Positions 19,241 through 30,281 of a stretch of DNA of 64,000 bases are shown here, one piece after another. The DNA lies in the NCBI GenBank assembly GCA_031419835.1, contig JANOLP010000191.1, positions 137 through 64,136 on the forward strand, in the 5' to 3' direction. The stretch comes from Pseudomonadota bacterium. Lineage in GTDB: Bacteria > Pseudomonadota > Gammaproteobacteria > Burkholderiales > JALYOK01. How positions within the stretch are numbered: position 1 is the first letter of the stretch; each line of letters starts with the position of its first letter. The translations under genes were made by a program, and so were the position numbers. The notes under the pieces are model-generated. The model did not search any database. It was not told the origin of the DNA and was given only the letters and a program-made list of their open reading frames with translations.

Positions 19241-19666
19241 GTGTGCACGAGACCCTATTTACTCTTTGCATTCGTCGTAACAACACTGGCTGCGGCCTGC
19301 ACGCTCACACAACCAAAACCAGCGCCGATAGTTGACGCCGGTTCGCGCCAATCTCAAGCTAGTCGTAACGGCGATCAGTATTTGGAAGTCGGCTTAATGC
19401 AATATGATCAAGGGCACTATAAGCGAGCGACGTCCACGTTACTGCAGTCGCTAGAAGCTGGCCTGTCGCCCGCAAAACAAATCATTGCTCACAAACATCT
19501 CGCCTTTATTTATTGTACGTCGAATAAAGTCAGCCTTTGCCGCGACGAATTTAACAAGGCGCTCGCGGTTGACCCGCGATTCGAACTTGCCCCGGCGGAA
19601 GCCGGTCACCCGCAATGGGGCCCGGTGTTTCGTAGCGTCAAGTCACGGCAGCCTACGACCTCTTAA
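19241..19666 (+). CDS. TPR-like lipoprotein
   Basis: 141-aa ORF with the lipobox LAAAC. It has TPR-like helices (YLEVGLMQYDQGHYKRA...FNKALAVDPRF). Confidence 0.55.
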   Translation: MCTRPYLLFAFVVTTLAAACTLTQPKPAPIVDAGSRQSQASRNGDQYLEVGLMQYDQGHYKRATSTLLQSLEAGLSPAKQIIAHKHLAFIYCTSNKVSLCRDEFNKALAVDPRFELAPAEAGHPQWGPVFRSVKSRQPTTS

Positions 19667-19896
19667 TATTTCGGCAAACTACGAAATGCGCTTACGTTTT
19701 TCCGTAAGACGCACCTGCTCCAGCCAATCCCAAAGCGTTGCCAAAAATTTGCCATGTTCGACGCCAAATGGCGTTATGCTCTTTCGCGCAGATGCTAATT
19801 TATATAAACTAATATATTAACTATACATAACAAGTTATTGTTATATAAATGCTATATAAATATCACATAGAGATTAGAATTTAAAACGAAAGCGAT

Positions 19897-21084
19897 ATGT
19901 TAACGACAAGTGTATGCATTTTGGGGGCTGGACCTGCCGGTCTTGCACTTGGGAATATGCTCCAAAATCACGGCGTAGCCTGTGTGGTCGTGGACGCCTA
20001 TAGTCGGGAGGAAATTTTTGCGCGAGGCCGCGCTGGGCTCCTAGAATCCACCACGGTCGCATTGCTGAATAAATTTAATCTCGCAACGACAATATTCAAG
20101 AACGGCACTGCCCACGCTCAGTGTGAATTTCGTTCACCTGAATTTAATTATTTGCTCGAATACGGCAAAATCGCTGGGGGCGAGACCCACCACACCTATC
20201 CACAAAATGATTTGGTTGACGACCTTGCGCAATTTTATTTGGACGGTGGCGGACGGATTCTCTACTCAACTCCCGCGGAAAAGATTGACCTATTCGAAAA
20301 TAAAGTCGCCGTTGGTTGTCGCGAGAAAAACACGGGCGCGAGCATAGAAATCCGAGCGGATTTTGTAGTTGGATGCGACGGTTATCATGGCATATCGCGC
20401 GAAGCCATCCCAAGCGACGCGGTCAAAATTTACGACAAACAACACGACTATAGCTGGCTCGCGGTATTGGCTCACGCGCCACCCTCAAGCGAACATATTA
20501 TTTATGCACTACATCCGGACGGCTTCGCAGGCCACATGCTGCGCAATAGCAAAATATCGCGTTTCTATATACAAGTTGCATTCGGTGATGAGATAGAAAA
20601 TTGGAGCGACGAGCGGATTTGGACGGCCCTTGATCGTCGATTAGCGAAGCCCGGCTGGACATTGACCCATGGTGAAATTTTCGAGAAACGAATCTTGGCG
20701 ATGCGCAGTTATGTGATGGAGCCAATGCGCTTCGGTCGATTATTCCTCGTTGGCGACGCCGCGCACATCATTACCCCATGCGGCGGAAAAGGCATGAATC
20801 TCGCCATTCAAGATGCAGGCGTATTGGCCGAAACACTAGCAACCTACTACCGCGACCCGCAGAACCTTGGTTGCCTTGATCGCTATTCGGAAATTCGCTT
20901 ACCGTTTATTTGGCGCGCGCAAGAATTTTCACTCGCGATGTTGCACATGTTACATAAGCCTGAAGGTCACGATGAAAGCAATATCGCGTTCATGCAAAAA
21001 GTAAATGAATCCAAGCTCACACAACTAATGACATCGCCAACCTTCGCTCGGGATTTTTCGCGAAACTATGTTGGTATTATTTGA
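19897..21084 (+). CDS. pobA: 4-hydroxybenzoate 3-monooxygenase
   Basis: 395-aa ORF colinear with PobA. It has the FAD motif ILGAGPAGLALG, then GCDGYHGISR and FLVGDAAHIITPCGGKGMNLA. Confidence 0.85.
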   Translation: MLTTSVCILGAGPAGLALGNMLQNHGVACVVVDAYSREEIFARGRAGLLESTTVALLNKFNLATTIFKNGTAHAQCEFRSPEFNYLLEYGKIAGGETHHTYPQNDLVDDLAQFYLDGGGRILYSTPAEKIDLFENKVAVGCREKNTGASIEIRADFVVGCDGYHGISREAIPSDAVKIYDKQHDYSWLAVLAHAPPSSEHIIYALHPDGFAGHMLRNSKISRFYIQVAFGDEIENWSDERIWTALDRRLAKPGWTLTHGEIFEKRILAMRSYVMEPMRFGRLFLVGDAAHIITPCGGKGMNLAIQDAGVLAETLATYYRDPQNLGCLDRYSEIRLPFIWRAQEFSLAMLHMLHKPEGHDESNIAFMQKVNESKLTQLMTSPTFARDFSRNYVGII

Positions 21085-21412
21085 TCCGCTGCGACACCAA
21101 ACCGGTAGAACGATTCCAACATGGAAAATAGGCTATCCCCTGGTTGTTGTAGGGTATAGATAATCATAGAATAGTGAACGTTGAATGGCGGGTTCGAGTT
21201 TAATTGGATTAACCCCGCCACGCAAAAGGTGCAGGACAAATCCGGTGACATCGAGCGCGTTGGCGACATAATCGTAAGCTGCGGAATTTACAAAGCGGCC
21301 TCGAAATACGCATCAAGCTCGAGTCCAATTTTTCGGACTCTTGGAGCCGAACATCGTCAAGTCGTGCTTTAATTCGACATTCATAGAAATCTCTACGTTT
21401 AACTAATCCTAA

Positions 21413-24400
21413 ATGAACGCAATCCGAAGTATTCTCGTCGCAAATCGAAGCGAAATTTCCATCCGCGTCATGCGCGCCGCCGCCGAAATGGGCATCCGCA
21501 CCGTCGCGATTTATTCCAACGAAGATCGCTTTGCGTTGCATCGCTTCAAGGCGGACGAAAGTTATCTGGTCGGCGCAGGTAAAAAGCCAATCCAAGCGTA
21601 TTTGGATATTGACGACATCATCCGCATTGCCAAGGAAGCCGAGGTTGACGCCATCCATCCGGGCTATGGATTTTTGTCGGAGAATCCGGACTTTGCCGAC
21701 GCCTGTGCCAAAAACGGAATTAACTTTATAGGCCCACAGCCAAGCGTGATGCGCCTGTTGGGCAATAAAGTCGCTGCGCGTGAATTAGCTGAACAGGCCG
21801 GCATCGCCGTTGTGCCAGCGACCCGCGCGTTGCCGCAGGAACTAGCAAAAGTAAAAAAACTCGCTGACAAGGTTGGCTATCCTTTAATGCTAAAAGCGAG
21901 CTGGGGTGGCGGCGGGCGAGGTATGCGTGTGATCGAGTCGGCAAAAGACCTGACCGAACTCTTGGACGTTGCGCGACGAGAGGCAAAAGCCGCGTTTGGC
22001 AACGATGAAATGTATCTGGAAAAGCTGGTGCGCCGTGCGCGTCACGTTGAAGTGCAAATCCTTGGCGATACGCACGGCAACTTGATTCATCTTTACGAAC
22101 GCGATTGCTCGGTGCAACGGCGAAATCAGAAGGTCGTCGAACGCGCGCCCGCTCCCTACTTGAGCGATGCGCAACGCAGTGCGCTTTGCGCATCGGCGCT
22201 GAAACTCGCCCGCGCTGCAAACTATACCCATGCCGGCACCGTAGAATTTTTGATGGATACGGATAGCGGGGAATTTTATTTCATCGAAGTGAATCCGCGC
22301 ATTCAGGTCGAGCACACGGTCACCGAGGAAGTCACCGGCGTCGACATCGTCAAATCGCAAATTCGCGTCAGTGAAGGTGCGAAAATCGGCGCAATCAATT
22401 CGCATTTGCCTGCACAGAAAGATCTGCGCCTAAATGGCCACGCGCTGCAGTGTCGCGTAACGACAGAAGACCCCGAGAATAGTTTTACGCCCGACTACGG
22501 CCGCATCCTCGCCTACCGCAGCGCCGCGGGCTTTGGCGTTCGTCTGGATGGCGGAACGGCCTACGGCGGAGCGGTGATTACGCCTTTTTATGATTCGCTG
22601 TTGGTGAAAGTCACTGCATGGGGCGATAGCAGCGATGAGGCCATCGCGCGTATGGATCGAGCGCTACGAGAGTTTCGTATCCGTGGTGTGGCGAGTAATT
22701 TACAGTTTTTAGAAAACGTCATCCGCCATCCGCAGTTCATCGCCGGCACTTGCATTACGCGTTTCATCGATGACACGCCCGAGTTGTTTCGCATCACACC
22801 GCGGCGTGACCGCGCGACGAAGTTGCTGCGTTTCCTCGGTAACGTCGTCGTAAACGGCAATCCGGAAATGAAAGGCCGTAAGACGCCCGAGGGTATTTTT
22901 TCGGCTGCGCCGTTACCCGCAGTCGATCTCACACAGCCAATTCCGAAAGGCTCGCGCGACAAGTTAAAAGAGTTAGGGCCTGCCGGCTTTGCGCGATGGA
23001 TGAAAAAAGAAAAGCGCGTTCTGTTGACCGACACAACGATGCGCGATGCTCATCAATCGCTTTTCGCAACGCGCATGCGCAGCCGTGACATGCTGCCGAT
23101 CGCGCCCTATTACGCACGGCTCGCGCCGGAATTACTTTCGCTTGAGTGTTGGGGGGGCGCTACGTTCGACGTTGCGATGCGTTTCCTCAAAGAAGATCCC
23201 TGGGAACGGCTCAGTCAATTACGGACGGCAATTCCGAATATCGCATTTCAGATGTTGCTGCGCGCGTCGAACGCCGTCGGCTACACCAACTATCCCGACA
23301 ATGTCGTGCGCTATTTTGTGCAACAAGCAGCGCGCGAAGGCATCGACATTTTTAGAGTTTTCGATTCGCTTAACTGGGTCGAGAACATGCGCGTGGCGAT
23401 GGATGCGGTGATCGAAAGTGGTGCCGTTTGTGAAGCTGCGATTTGCTACACCGGCGACTTATTCGATGAAGCACGCTCGAAATACAACTTGAAATACTAC
23501 GTCGATATGGCGAAGGCACTGGAAAAGGCCGGCGCCCACGTGCTGGGCATTAAAGACATGGCGGGCGTATGCCGGCCACGTGCCGCCCACGCGTTGGTGA
23601 AAGCACTGAAAGACGAAATCGGTCTGCCGATCCACTTTCACACTCACGACACCAGCGGCATCAGCGCAGCAAGCGTATTGGCGGCAATCGATGCAGGTGT
23701 TGACGCCGTCGATGGGGCGATGGACGCGATGAGCGGGCTCACCTCACAACCGAATTTGGGCTCCATGATCGCGGCACTCGCGGGGAGCAAGCGTGATGCA
23801 AAAGTCAGCCTCAGCGCGTTCAAATCCTTGTCGAACTATTGGGAAGGCGTGCGGCGCTACTATGCGCCATTCGAGGCGGACATGCGTGCCGGCACGTCGG
23901 ATATTTATTTACATGAAATGCCCGGTGGCCAGTATACGAATTTACGCGAACAAGCCCGCGCGACGGGCTTGGAACATCGCTGGCCCGAAGTCGCACGCGC
24001 TTACGCGGAAGTTAACTTGCTGTTCGGTGATATCGTTAAAGTGACGCCCACCTCGAAGGTCGTCGGCGATATGGCGCTTTTCATGGTGGCGAACGATTTA
24101 TCTGGTGCAGCGATACTCGATCCGGAACGCGAAGTGGCATTCCCAGAGTCGGTTGTGTCAATGTTTAAAGGCGAACTCGGCTTTCCGCCCGATGGTTTTC
24201 CAAAGGCATTAACGCAAAAAATTTTAAATGGCGCAAAACCACTCAAGGGTCGAGCGGGGAAATTCATGCCTGCAGCGGATCTTGAACTTATGCGCGCCGA
24301 AGCAGAAAAAATCGTTGGCCGAAAAATTAGCGATCGCGATTTGGCCTCGTATTTGATGTATCCGAAAATTTATTGCGATTTCGCAGCGCATCTACGCGAC

Positions 24401-24865
24401 TACGATGACGTGTCGGTATTGCCGACGGGTGCATTTTTTTACGGGTTGAAGGATCGCGAGGAAATTGCTGTCGACATTGCGCGCGGCAAAACCTTAGTGA
24501 TCCGTTTGCAGGGCAATGCTGAAATCGATGACGACGGTTACGCGCGCCTATTCTTCGAGCTAAACGGTCAGTCGAGGGTTGTCCGAGTGCCTAAAGCGGG
24601 CATGGCTGTAAACATAAAGCAAAAACCGAAAGCCGATCCGAGCAACGTGAATCATGTCGGCGCGCCGATGCCCGGTAGCATTGTGACGGTCTCGATCAAG
24701 GTCGGCCAATCGGTGAAGAAAGGCGATCCATTGGTGTCGATCGAAGCAATGAAAATGGAAAGTATGTTGCGAGCAGAGCGAGATGCGGTGATCAAAACCA
24801 TACACGTTAAACCCGGCGATCCGGTGGCTGCAAAGGATTTGTTATTGGAATTCGGACTAAATTAG
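21413..24865 (+). CDS. pyc: Pyruvate carboxylase
   Basis: 1150-aa ORF. It has a biotin carboxylase N-terminus, a carboxyltransferase domain (HFHTHDTSG) and the C-terminal biotinylation motif EAMKME. Confidence 0.95.
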   Translation: MNAIRSILVANRSEISIRVMRAAAEMGIRTVAIYSNEDRFALHRFKADESYLVGAGKKPIQAYLDIDDIIRIAKEAEVDAIHPGYGFLSENPDFADACAKNGINFIGPQPSVMRLLGNKVAARELAEQAGIAVVPATRALPQELAKVKKLADKVGYPLMLKASWGGGGRGMRVIESAKDLTELLDVARREAKAAFGNDEMYLEKLVRRARHVEVQILGDTHGNLIHLYERDCSVQRRNQKVVERAPAPYLSDAQRSALCASALKLARAANYTHAGTVEFLMDTDSGEFYFIEVNPRIQVEHTVTEEVTGVDIVKSQIRVSEGAKIGAINSHLPAQKDLRLNGHALQCRVTTEDPENSFTPDYGRILAYRSAAGFGVRLDGGTAYGGAVITPFYDSLLVKVTAWGDSSDEAIARMDRALREFRIRGVASNLQFLENVIRHPQFIAGTCITRFIDDTPELFRITPRRDRATKLLRFLGNVVVNGNPEMKGRKTPEGIFSAAPLPAVDLTQPIPKGSRDKLKELGPAGFARWMKKEKRVLLTDTTMRDAHQSLFATRMRSRDMLPIAPYYARLAPELLSLECWGGATFDVAMRFLKEDPWERLSQLRTAIPNIAFQMLLRASNAVGYTNYPDNVVRYFVQQAAREGIDIFRVFDSLNWVENMRVAMDAVIESGAVCEAAICYTGDLFDEARSKYNLKYYVDMAKALEKAGAHVLGIKDMAGVCRPRAAHALVKALKDEIGLPIHFHTHDTSGISAASVLAAIDAGVDAVDGAMDAMSGLTSQPNLGSMIAALAGSKRDAKVSLSAFKSLSNYWEGVRRYYAPFEADMRAGTSDIYLHEMPGGQYTNLREQARATGLEHRWPEVARAYAEVNLLFGDIVKVTPTSKVVGDMALFMVANDLSGAAILDPEREVAFPESVVSMFKGELGFPPDGFPKALTQKILNGAKPLKGRAGKFMPAADLELMRAEAEKIVGRKISDRDLASYLMYPKIYCDFAAHLRDYDDVSVLPTGAFFYGLKDREEIAVDIARGKTLVIRLQGNAEIDDDGYARLFFELNGQSRVVRVPKAGMAVNIKQKPKADPSNVNHVGAPMPGSIVTVSIKVGQSVKKGDPLVSIEAMKMESMLRAERDAVIKTIHVKPGDPVAAKDLLLEFGLN

Positions 24866-25574
24866 TTTCTCGTTAGTCATCCAAGGACCGCACTTTATCG
24901 GAAGCTAGAGGCAAGACTGACGTTAACAGTCTAAATGCGGAGCAGGGCGCCGCCCAAAAATTTCGAGCTCGAATTTGGTGCCGATTAGGAGCAATGGCAT
25001 CGACAATGTCAGTGCCATCACTAGTCGAGCGTTCCAAGTTCATGGCCAGACTTAACGTTGACTAAAAAATTCATTAGCAACGTTATATTTTTGGAAAATA
25101 TCTAATAATTAGTTATATACTAGTTATTTCTTAGGTTAATTCTAGAGAATTGCTCGCCCGGCATGTATTGAAAGTTTCACGACATACCCGCCCGGCTCTT
25201 TCGAATAAATAAACCGTTCGGTGGAAATTCGTTTTCCGTCGCCGATTGCAGTAGATGTCGTTGATATCGGTGCAATCATTTTCTACCGACTGTGGTCGCT
25301 TGATTCAAATGATTTATCGAACATCAATGGATTCATTGGTGATCAAAAACATTCGACCGGCGCTTGCAATCCTCCAAGGCTGAAACATTCTTCGAGTCAC
25401 GGTTTCATTTATTCAAAGTGTTAACCTGACCCGATGCGATGTCACGCGTTCAAGCAACGAAATTTTGTAAATCAGAATGGAATTGAATCGTTCAATAACA
25501 AAGCTAAGTCTATAGGAGTCGCCTAATTTGAGTCTGACATTTAATGGTTTGCTAACGTTTGTTCAAGAAGTCGC

Positions 25575-27455
25575 ATGCATCCAATCCTAACGAAATCTTA
25601 TGTCCGACTGCGAGATGCATCAGGGTGGCGTGCTGTCGCAGTTTGGCATTTCATTGCATTAAAGGCTGCCAAAATCTGGCGCAAGATGCTTTCCAAGCCT
25701 ACTTTTATCGCCGTCACGGGAAGCGCCGGTAAATCTACCGCAAAAGAACTATTGCAGGGCATGCTATCAGCAAAATTGCGCGGTAAGTTCAACCCAAGCA
25801 GCTTCAATCAGCTATTTGATGTCGGGCGAACGATCCTCGGCACTCGTCCGAAGGACGATTTTTGCATAATGGAAATGAGCGCGAACTGGCCTGGTTACCT
25901 TGACAAGCCGTTGGCGCTTTTTCAACCGACCATTAGCATTGTCACTGTCGTCGCGGATGATGGTCTGACCGCTTTTCGATCACGTGAAGCTGTCGCAAAA
26001 GAAAAGGTAAAGTTAATTGAAGCATTGCCCGATAACGGCATCGCGATACTTAATGTCGATGATGCTCTTGTCGCTGCGATGGCTTCGAAATGTAAAGGGC
26101 GGGTAATTACCTTTGGACTTAGCGAGGGTGCCGAGATTCGGGCAGAAGAGATTAGCGCTGTTTGGCCTGACCGCCTATCGATCACAATCGTTCGAGGAAA
26201 TGAGAGAGTTTTGATTCGCACACAGTTGTGCGGAACGCATTGGGTCCCCTCCGTGCTCGCGGCAATCGCAGCAGCGACGGCTATGGGTTTGTCGTTGCAA
26301 GAGTGCGCGGATGGAATCGCCAAAGTTGAACCGTTTGTCGCTCGAATGCAGCCGGTGACCACAACTGACAATGTGACCTTCATTCGAGACGATTGGAAAG
26401 CACCGGTCTGGACCTTAAACGCCTGTTTTGAATTTATGCAGGCAGCGCGCGCGAAACGTAAAATTCTGGTCATTGGGACGTTGGCCGACTATCCTGGGTC
26501 CGCTACCAAGGAATACGCAAGAGTGGCGCGCCAAGTAGTTGATCTTGCCGATCACGTAATTTTTGTCGGTCAATGGGCCGCTGCTGCGCTGCGAGTTCAA
26601 GCACCGAGGCAGCGTGCGACGCTGCGTGCGTTTAGCCGCGTACGCGATGCAAGTGACTACGTTAATTCGATTCTGCTACCGGGAGATTTGGTGCTGCTAA
26701 AGGGCACTACCAAGCAAGATCACCTGCTGCGTATCATTCTTGCTCGGTCAGCACCCTTTCTATGCTGGAAAGATGACTGCAAAATCAACATCTACTTCTG
26801 CGATGAGTGCCCGCAGCGAAATGTGGCATCGGGCGCAGCACCAGTCGCGGTAACAAAAAAGACGATCCCTGAGTTGTCGATCGGAGAAAGTAACGACAAT
26901 TCCGGCGCAATAGTACGTCAGTGGCAAACGATAATTGGGCTTGGCAATCCCGATGCTGCATTCGCCAGCACGCCACACAACGTCGGATATCGATCGGTGG
27001 AGTCGATAGCGGATACGCTCAATCTAAAATGGGAGTCAAGCGACGCGGCGATGATCGCCGTAGGGCAATGGAGCGACAGAGATATTTGTTTGATCAAACT
27101 AAGGTCGCCTATGAACCTGAGCGGCGCTGCGCTCATGTCGGTGCACGAAAGATATCCAGTCGATCCAATAAATTCCATTTTGGTCTTTGACGATCTAGAT
27201 TTGCCCCTGGGTACAGTACGCACCCGTTTGCGAGGCAGCGCGGGGGGGCATCGTGGTGTAGCCTCAATTCTCGACGCATTTCAAACTGATACCTTTCGGC
27301 GCGTCAAGATTGGGGTCGGACGTCCGGGCGAAAACGTCGATACGTCCGAATACGTCCTTACGCCCTTTCCCGAGACGGATCGTAATGCCGTAGATAAAGC
27401 GATTGAAAGCGCCCGCGAGCGAGCATTGGCACTTGCGTCGGGACAACGCGTCTAG
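25575..27455 (+). CDS. Fusion protein: divergent MurF-like Mur ligase (central + C-terminal domains), Cys-rich linker, peptidyl-tRNA hydrolase domain
   Basis: 626-aa single ORF. It has the P-loop FIAVTGSAGKSTAKELL and MurF-like colinearity (MEMSA, NVDD, LLKGTTKQ). The linker is CWKDDCKINIYFCDECPQRN. From about 26931 there is a full Pth domain: IIGLGNPDAAFASTPHNVGY, MNLSG, FDDLDLPLG, GGHRG, VKIGVGRP. Confidence 0.75.
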   Translation: MHPILTKSYVRLRDASGWRAVAVWHFIALKAAKIWRKMLSKPTFIAVTGSAGKSTAKELLQGMLSAKLRGKFNPSSFNQLFDVGRTILGTRPKDDFCIMEMSANWPGYLDKPLALFQPTISIVTVVADDGLTAFRSREAVAKEKVKLIEALPDNGIAILNVDDALVAAMASKCKGRVITFGLSEGAEIRAEEISAVWPDRLSITIVRGNERVLIRTQLCGTHWVPSVLAAIAAATAMGLSLQECADGIAKVEPFVARMQPVTTTDNVTFIRDDWKAPVWTLNACFEFMQAARAKRKILVIGTLADYPGSATKEYARVARQVVDLADHVIFVGQWAAAALRVQAPRQRATLRAFSRVRDASDYVNSILLPGDLVLLKGTTKQDHLLRIILARSAPFLCWKDDCKINIYFCDECPQRNVASGAAPVAVTKKTIPELSIGESNDNSGAIVRQWQTIIGLGNPDAAFASTPHNVGYRSVESIADTLNLKWESSDAAMIAVGQWSDRDICLIKLRSPMNLSGAALMSVHERYPVDPINSILVFDDLDLPLGTVRTRLRGSAGGHRGVASILDAFQTDTFRRVKIGVGRPGENVDTSEYVLTPFPETDRNAVDKAIESARERALALASGQRV

Positions 27456-27533
27456 CCTTTTCTAAATCAAGAGGTAGTTCGGAGTGCCTACCGCCGCGCT
27501 GACACTTGAGAATCGGATTAAATCAGAACTTCG

Positions 27534-30281
27534 CTAACTTAGTTTACCGTGGCACTGCTTATACTTTTTCCCGCTGCCACAGGGACACGGATCGTTACGG
27601 CCGATTTTCTGGCCCTGACGCACGAAGGGTTGCACCGCGGTATCGTCATTCGACTTCGCCGTTTCCAAGGCTTCGTCGTAGTCGGCATGGTGATACTGAA
27701 CGTTCTTCGGCTCAGGCAAATGCTCGACCTGTTCGGCCGCTTGCTCGACTTCCTGCTCGGTTTGGACGCGAACCAACATCAGTTTCTGCGTTACTTCACG
27801 TTTCACAATATCGAGCAAGCTCGAAAATAATTCGAACGCTTCGCGCTTATATTCCTGCTTCGGATTTTTCTGTGCGTAACCGCGAAGATGAATTCCTTGG
27901 CGCAAATGATCGAGCGCGGCCAGATGCTCGCGCCAATGGTTATCCAAAGTTTGCAGCATCACGCCGCGCTCGAATTGGCGAACATATTCCTTATGTTCGA
28001 CCATCGCGAATTTTTCTTCGTATTCGCGTGCTGCATTCTCAAGAATTCGCGCCTTGATTTTTTCTTCCTCAAGGTTCGGTTCTTGTTTTATCCAGTCAGC
28101 AATTGACGCTTTGAAATTAAATTCGCCCAGCAAGGATTTTTCCAAGCCCGGCGCGTCCCATTGCTCTTCTACGCTTTCGGCCGGAATGAACTGGTTCGCT
28201 TCAGCGGTCAACACGTCATTACGCATTGCCGTAATGGTCTCGGTGATATCGGTTGATTCGAGCAATTCGTTGCGCTGTTGGTAAATCACTTTGCGCTGAT
28301 CATTGGAAACGTCGTCGTATTCCAACAACTGTTTGCGAATGTCGAAGTTGCGCGCCTCCACTTTGCGCTGCGCATTTTCGATGGCGCGTGTAACCCAGCT
28401 ATGCTCGATCGCTTCGCCTTCCGGCATTTTCAAACGCTGCATAATCGCGGCGACGCGGTCGCTGGCGAAAATTTTCAGTAGCGGATCTTCCAGCGCCAAA
28501 TAGAAGCGGCTCGAACCTGGATCGCCCTGGCGACCGGAACGGCCACGCAATTGATTGTCGACGCGCCGTGATTCATGACGCTCGGAGCCAATGATATGCA
28601 AGCCACCTTCTTTAATCACATGATCGTGACGCTGCTGCCATTCGCTGCGAATCGCTTCGATCTTGCGATCCTTTTCGCTGACGCTTAGCGTGTCGTCGTT
28701 CTTAATTGCTTGAATTTCCGGATCGGGATTGCCGCCGAGCACGATGTCCGTTCCGCGGCCCGCCATGTTGGTCGCAATGGTGATCATCTTCGGTCGGCCC
28801 GCTTGCACGACGATGCCAGCCTCTTTCGCGTGCTGCTTCGCGTTCAAGACTTGATGCGGTAACTTTTCTTTTTCCAGCAAACTCGACAGCAATTCTGAAT
28901 TTTCGATCGAGGTCGTGCCGAGCAATAGAGGCTGACCACGCTCGTAACAATCCTTAATGTCGGTGACCATTGCCTGATGTTTTTCGCGCGCGGTCTGATA
29001 AACCTGATCCATGCGATCGTCGCGAATCATTTTCTTGTGGGTCGGGATGATTACCGTTTCCAGGTTGTAGATGTGCTGGAATTCGTAAGCTTCCGTGTCC
29101 GCAGTACCGGTCATACCCGAGAGTTTTTTGTAGAGGCGGAAATAGTTTTGGAAGGTGATCGACGCCAGCGTCTGCGATTCGCTTTGAATCTTTACACCTT
29201 CCTTCGCTTCGACTGCTTGATGCAAACCCTCAGACCAACGCCGACCCGTCATCATGCGGCCGGTGAATTCATCGACGATCACGATCTCGCCATCATTTAC
29301 AACATACTGCTGATCTTTGTGGTACAGCGCATGAGCGCGCAGCGCCGCGTACAGATGATGCACAAGCAAAATATTTGAGGGATCGTACAGGCTCGCACCC
29401 GCTTGCAATAAGCCTGCATCGGCCAATAATTGCTCTGCTTTTTCGTGGCCTGCTTCCGTCATCGTGACGGTATGGGCTTTAAGGTCAACACTAAAATCGC
29501 CGGGTCCATTTTCTTCTTCTTGCTTGGTCAGGCGTGGGGCAAGGCGATTGATTTGTTGGTAGAGCTCAGCGTTATCGTCTGCCTGCCCAGAGATGATCAA
29601 AGGTGTGCGCGCTTCGTCGATCAAAATCGAGTCCACTTCATCGACGATGGCGAAATGCTGCCCGCGCATTACGCGTTCCGAAGGCTGCTGCACCATGTTG
29701 TCGCGCAGATAATCGAAACCGAATTCGTTGTTCGTACCGTAGGTAATGTCCGCCGCGAACGCCGCCTGCTTTTCGTCATGAGGCATTTGCGACAGGTTAC
29801 AACCGACCGTCAATCCGAGAAACTTGTAAACCCGCCCCATCCATTCCGCATCGCGACTGGCGAGATAATCATTCACCGTCACCACATGCACGCCGTTGCC
29901 GGTCAGCGCATTGAGGTAAGCGGGCAGCGTAGCCATTAATGTCTTGCCCTCACCCGTTCGCATTTCCGCAATTTTGCCCTGGTGCAACACCATGCCACCG
30001 ATCAACTGCACATCGAAATGGCGCATACCCAAAACACGCTGTGATGCCTCGCGTACTACGGCGAAGGCTTCCGGAAGAATTTCATCCAATGGGGTGGCGT
30101 TTTTTACTCGTTCCTTAAACTGCGCAGTCTTGGCTTTCAGCTCGTCATCAGAAAGCTTTTTCAGATCCGCTTCGAGGCTATTGATGTGAATAACCGACTT
30201 ACGGAATTGCTTTAACAGCCGTTCATTACGGCTGCCAAAAATTTTCTTGAGCAGATTTGCGATCATAAGTGGGTGGCGCAC
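27534..30281 (-). CDS. secA: Preprotein translocase ATPase SecA
   Basis: 915-aa ORF with the motor motifs MRTGEGKTL and [18 protein letters not shown]. It has the C-terminal zinc finger [14 protein letters not shown]. Confidence 0.97.
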   Translation of the reverse strand: MRHPLMIANLLKKIFGSRNERLLKQFRKSVIHINSLEADLKKLSDDELKAKTAQFKERVKNATPLDEILPEAFAVVREASQRVLGMRHFDVQLIGGMVLHQGKIAEMRTGEGKTLMATLPAYLNALTGNGVHVVTVNDYLASRDAEWMGRVYKFLGLTVGCNLSQMPHDEKQAAFAADITYGTNNEFGFDYLRDNMVQQPSERVMRGQHFAIVDEVDSILIDEARTPLIISGQADDNAELYQQINRLAPRLTKQEEENGPGDFSVDLKAHTVTMTEAGHEKAEQLLADAGLLQAGASLYDPSNILLVHHLYAALRAHALYHKDQQYVVNDGEIVIVDEFTGRMMTGRRWSEGLHQAVEAKEGVKIQSESQTLASITFQNYFRLYKKLSGMTGTADTEAYEFQHIYNLETVIIPTHKKMIRDDRMDQVYQTAREKHQAMVTDIKDCYERGQPLLLGTTSIENSELLSSLLEKEKLPHQVLNAKQHAKEAGIVVQAGRPKMITIATNMAGRGTDIVLGGNPDPEIQAIKNDDTLSVSEKDRKIEAIRSEWQQRHDHVIKEGGLHIIGSERHESRRVDNQLRGRSGRQGDPGSSRFYLALEDPLLKIFASDRVAAIMQRLKMPEGEAIEHSWVTRAIENAQRKVEARNFDIRKQLLEYDDVSNDQRKVIYQQRNELLESTDITETITAMRNDVLTAEANQFIPAESVEEQWDAPGLEKSLLGEFNFKASIADWIKQEPNLEEEKIKARILENAAREYEEKFAMVEHKEYVRQFERGVMLQTLDNHWREHLAALDHLRQGIHLRGYAQKNPKQEYKREAFELFSSLLDIVKREVTQKLMLVRVQTEQEVEQAAEQVEHLPEPKNVQYHHADYDEALETAKSNDDTAVQPFVRQGQKIGRNDPCPCGSGKKYKQCHGKLS

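Noticed and set aside
19680-19896. Very AT-rich tract with repeated TATATAAA upstream of pobA and absence of a divergent pobR
   Set aside because: It is most simply a promoter/UP-element region. The repeats are short and irregular, and a regulator could be encoded elsewhere.
25221-25424. 67-aa ORF in the spacer upstream of the Mur-Pth gene
   Set aside because: It has no RBS and no recognisable motif, and it lies in an AT-rich region where random ORFs are expected. It remains possible but is unsupported.
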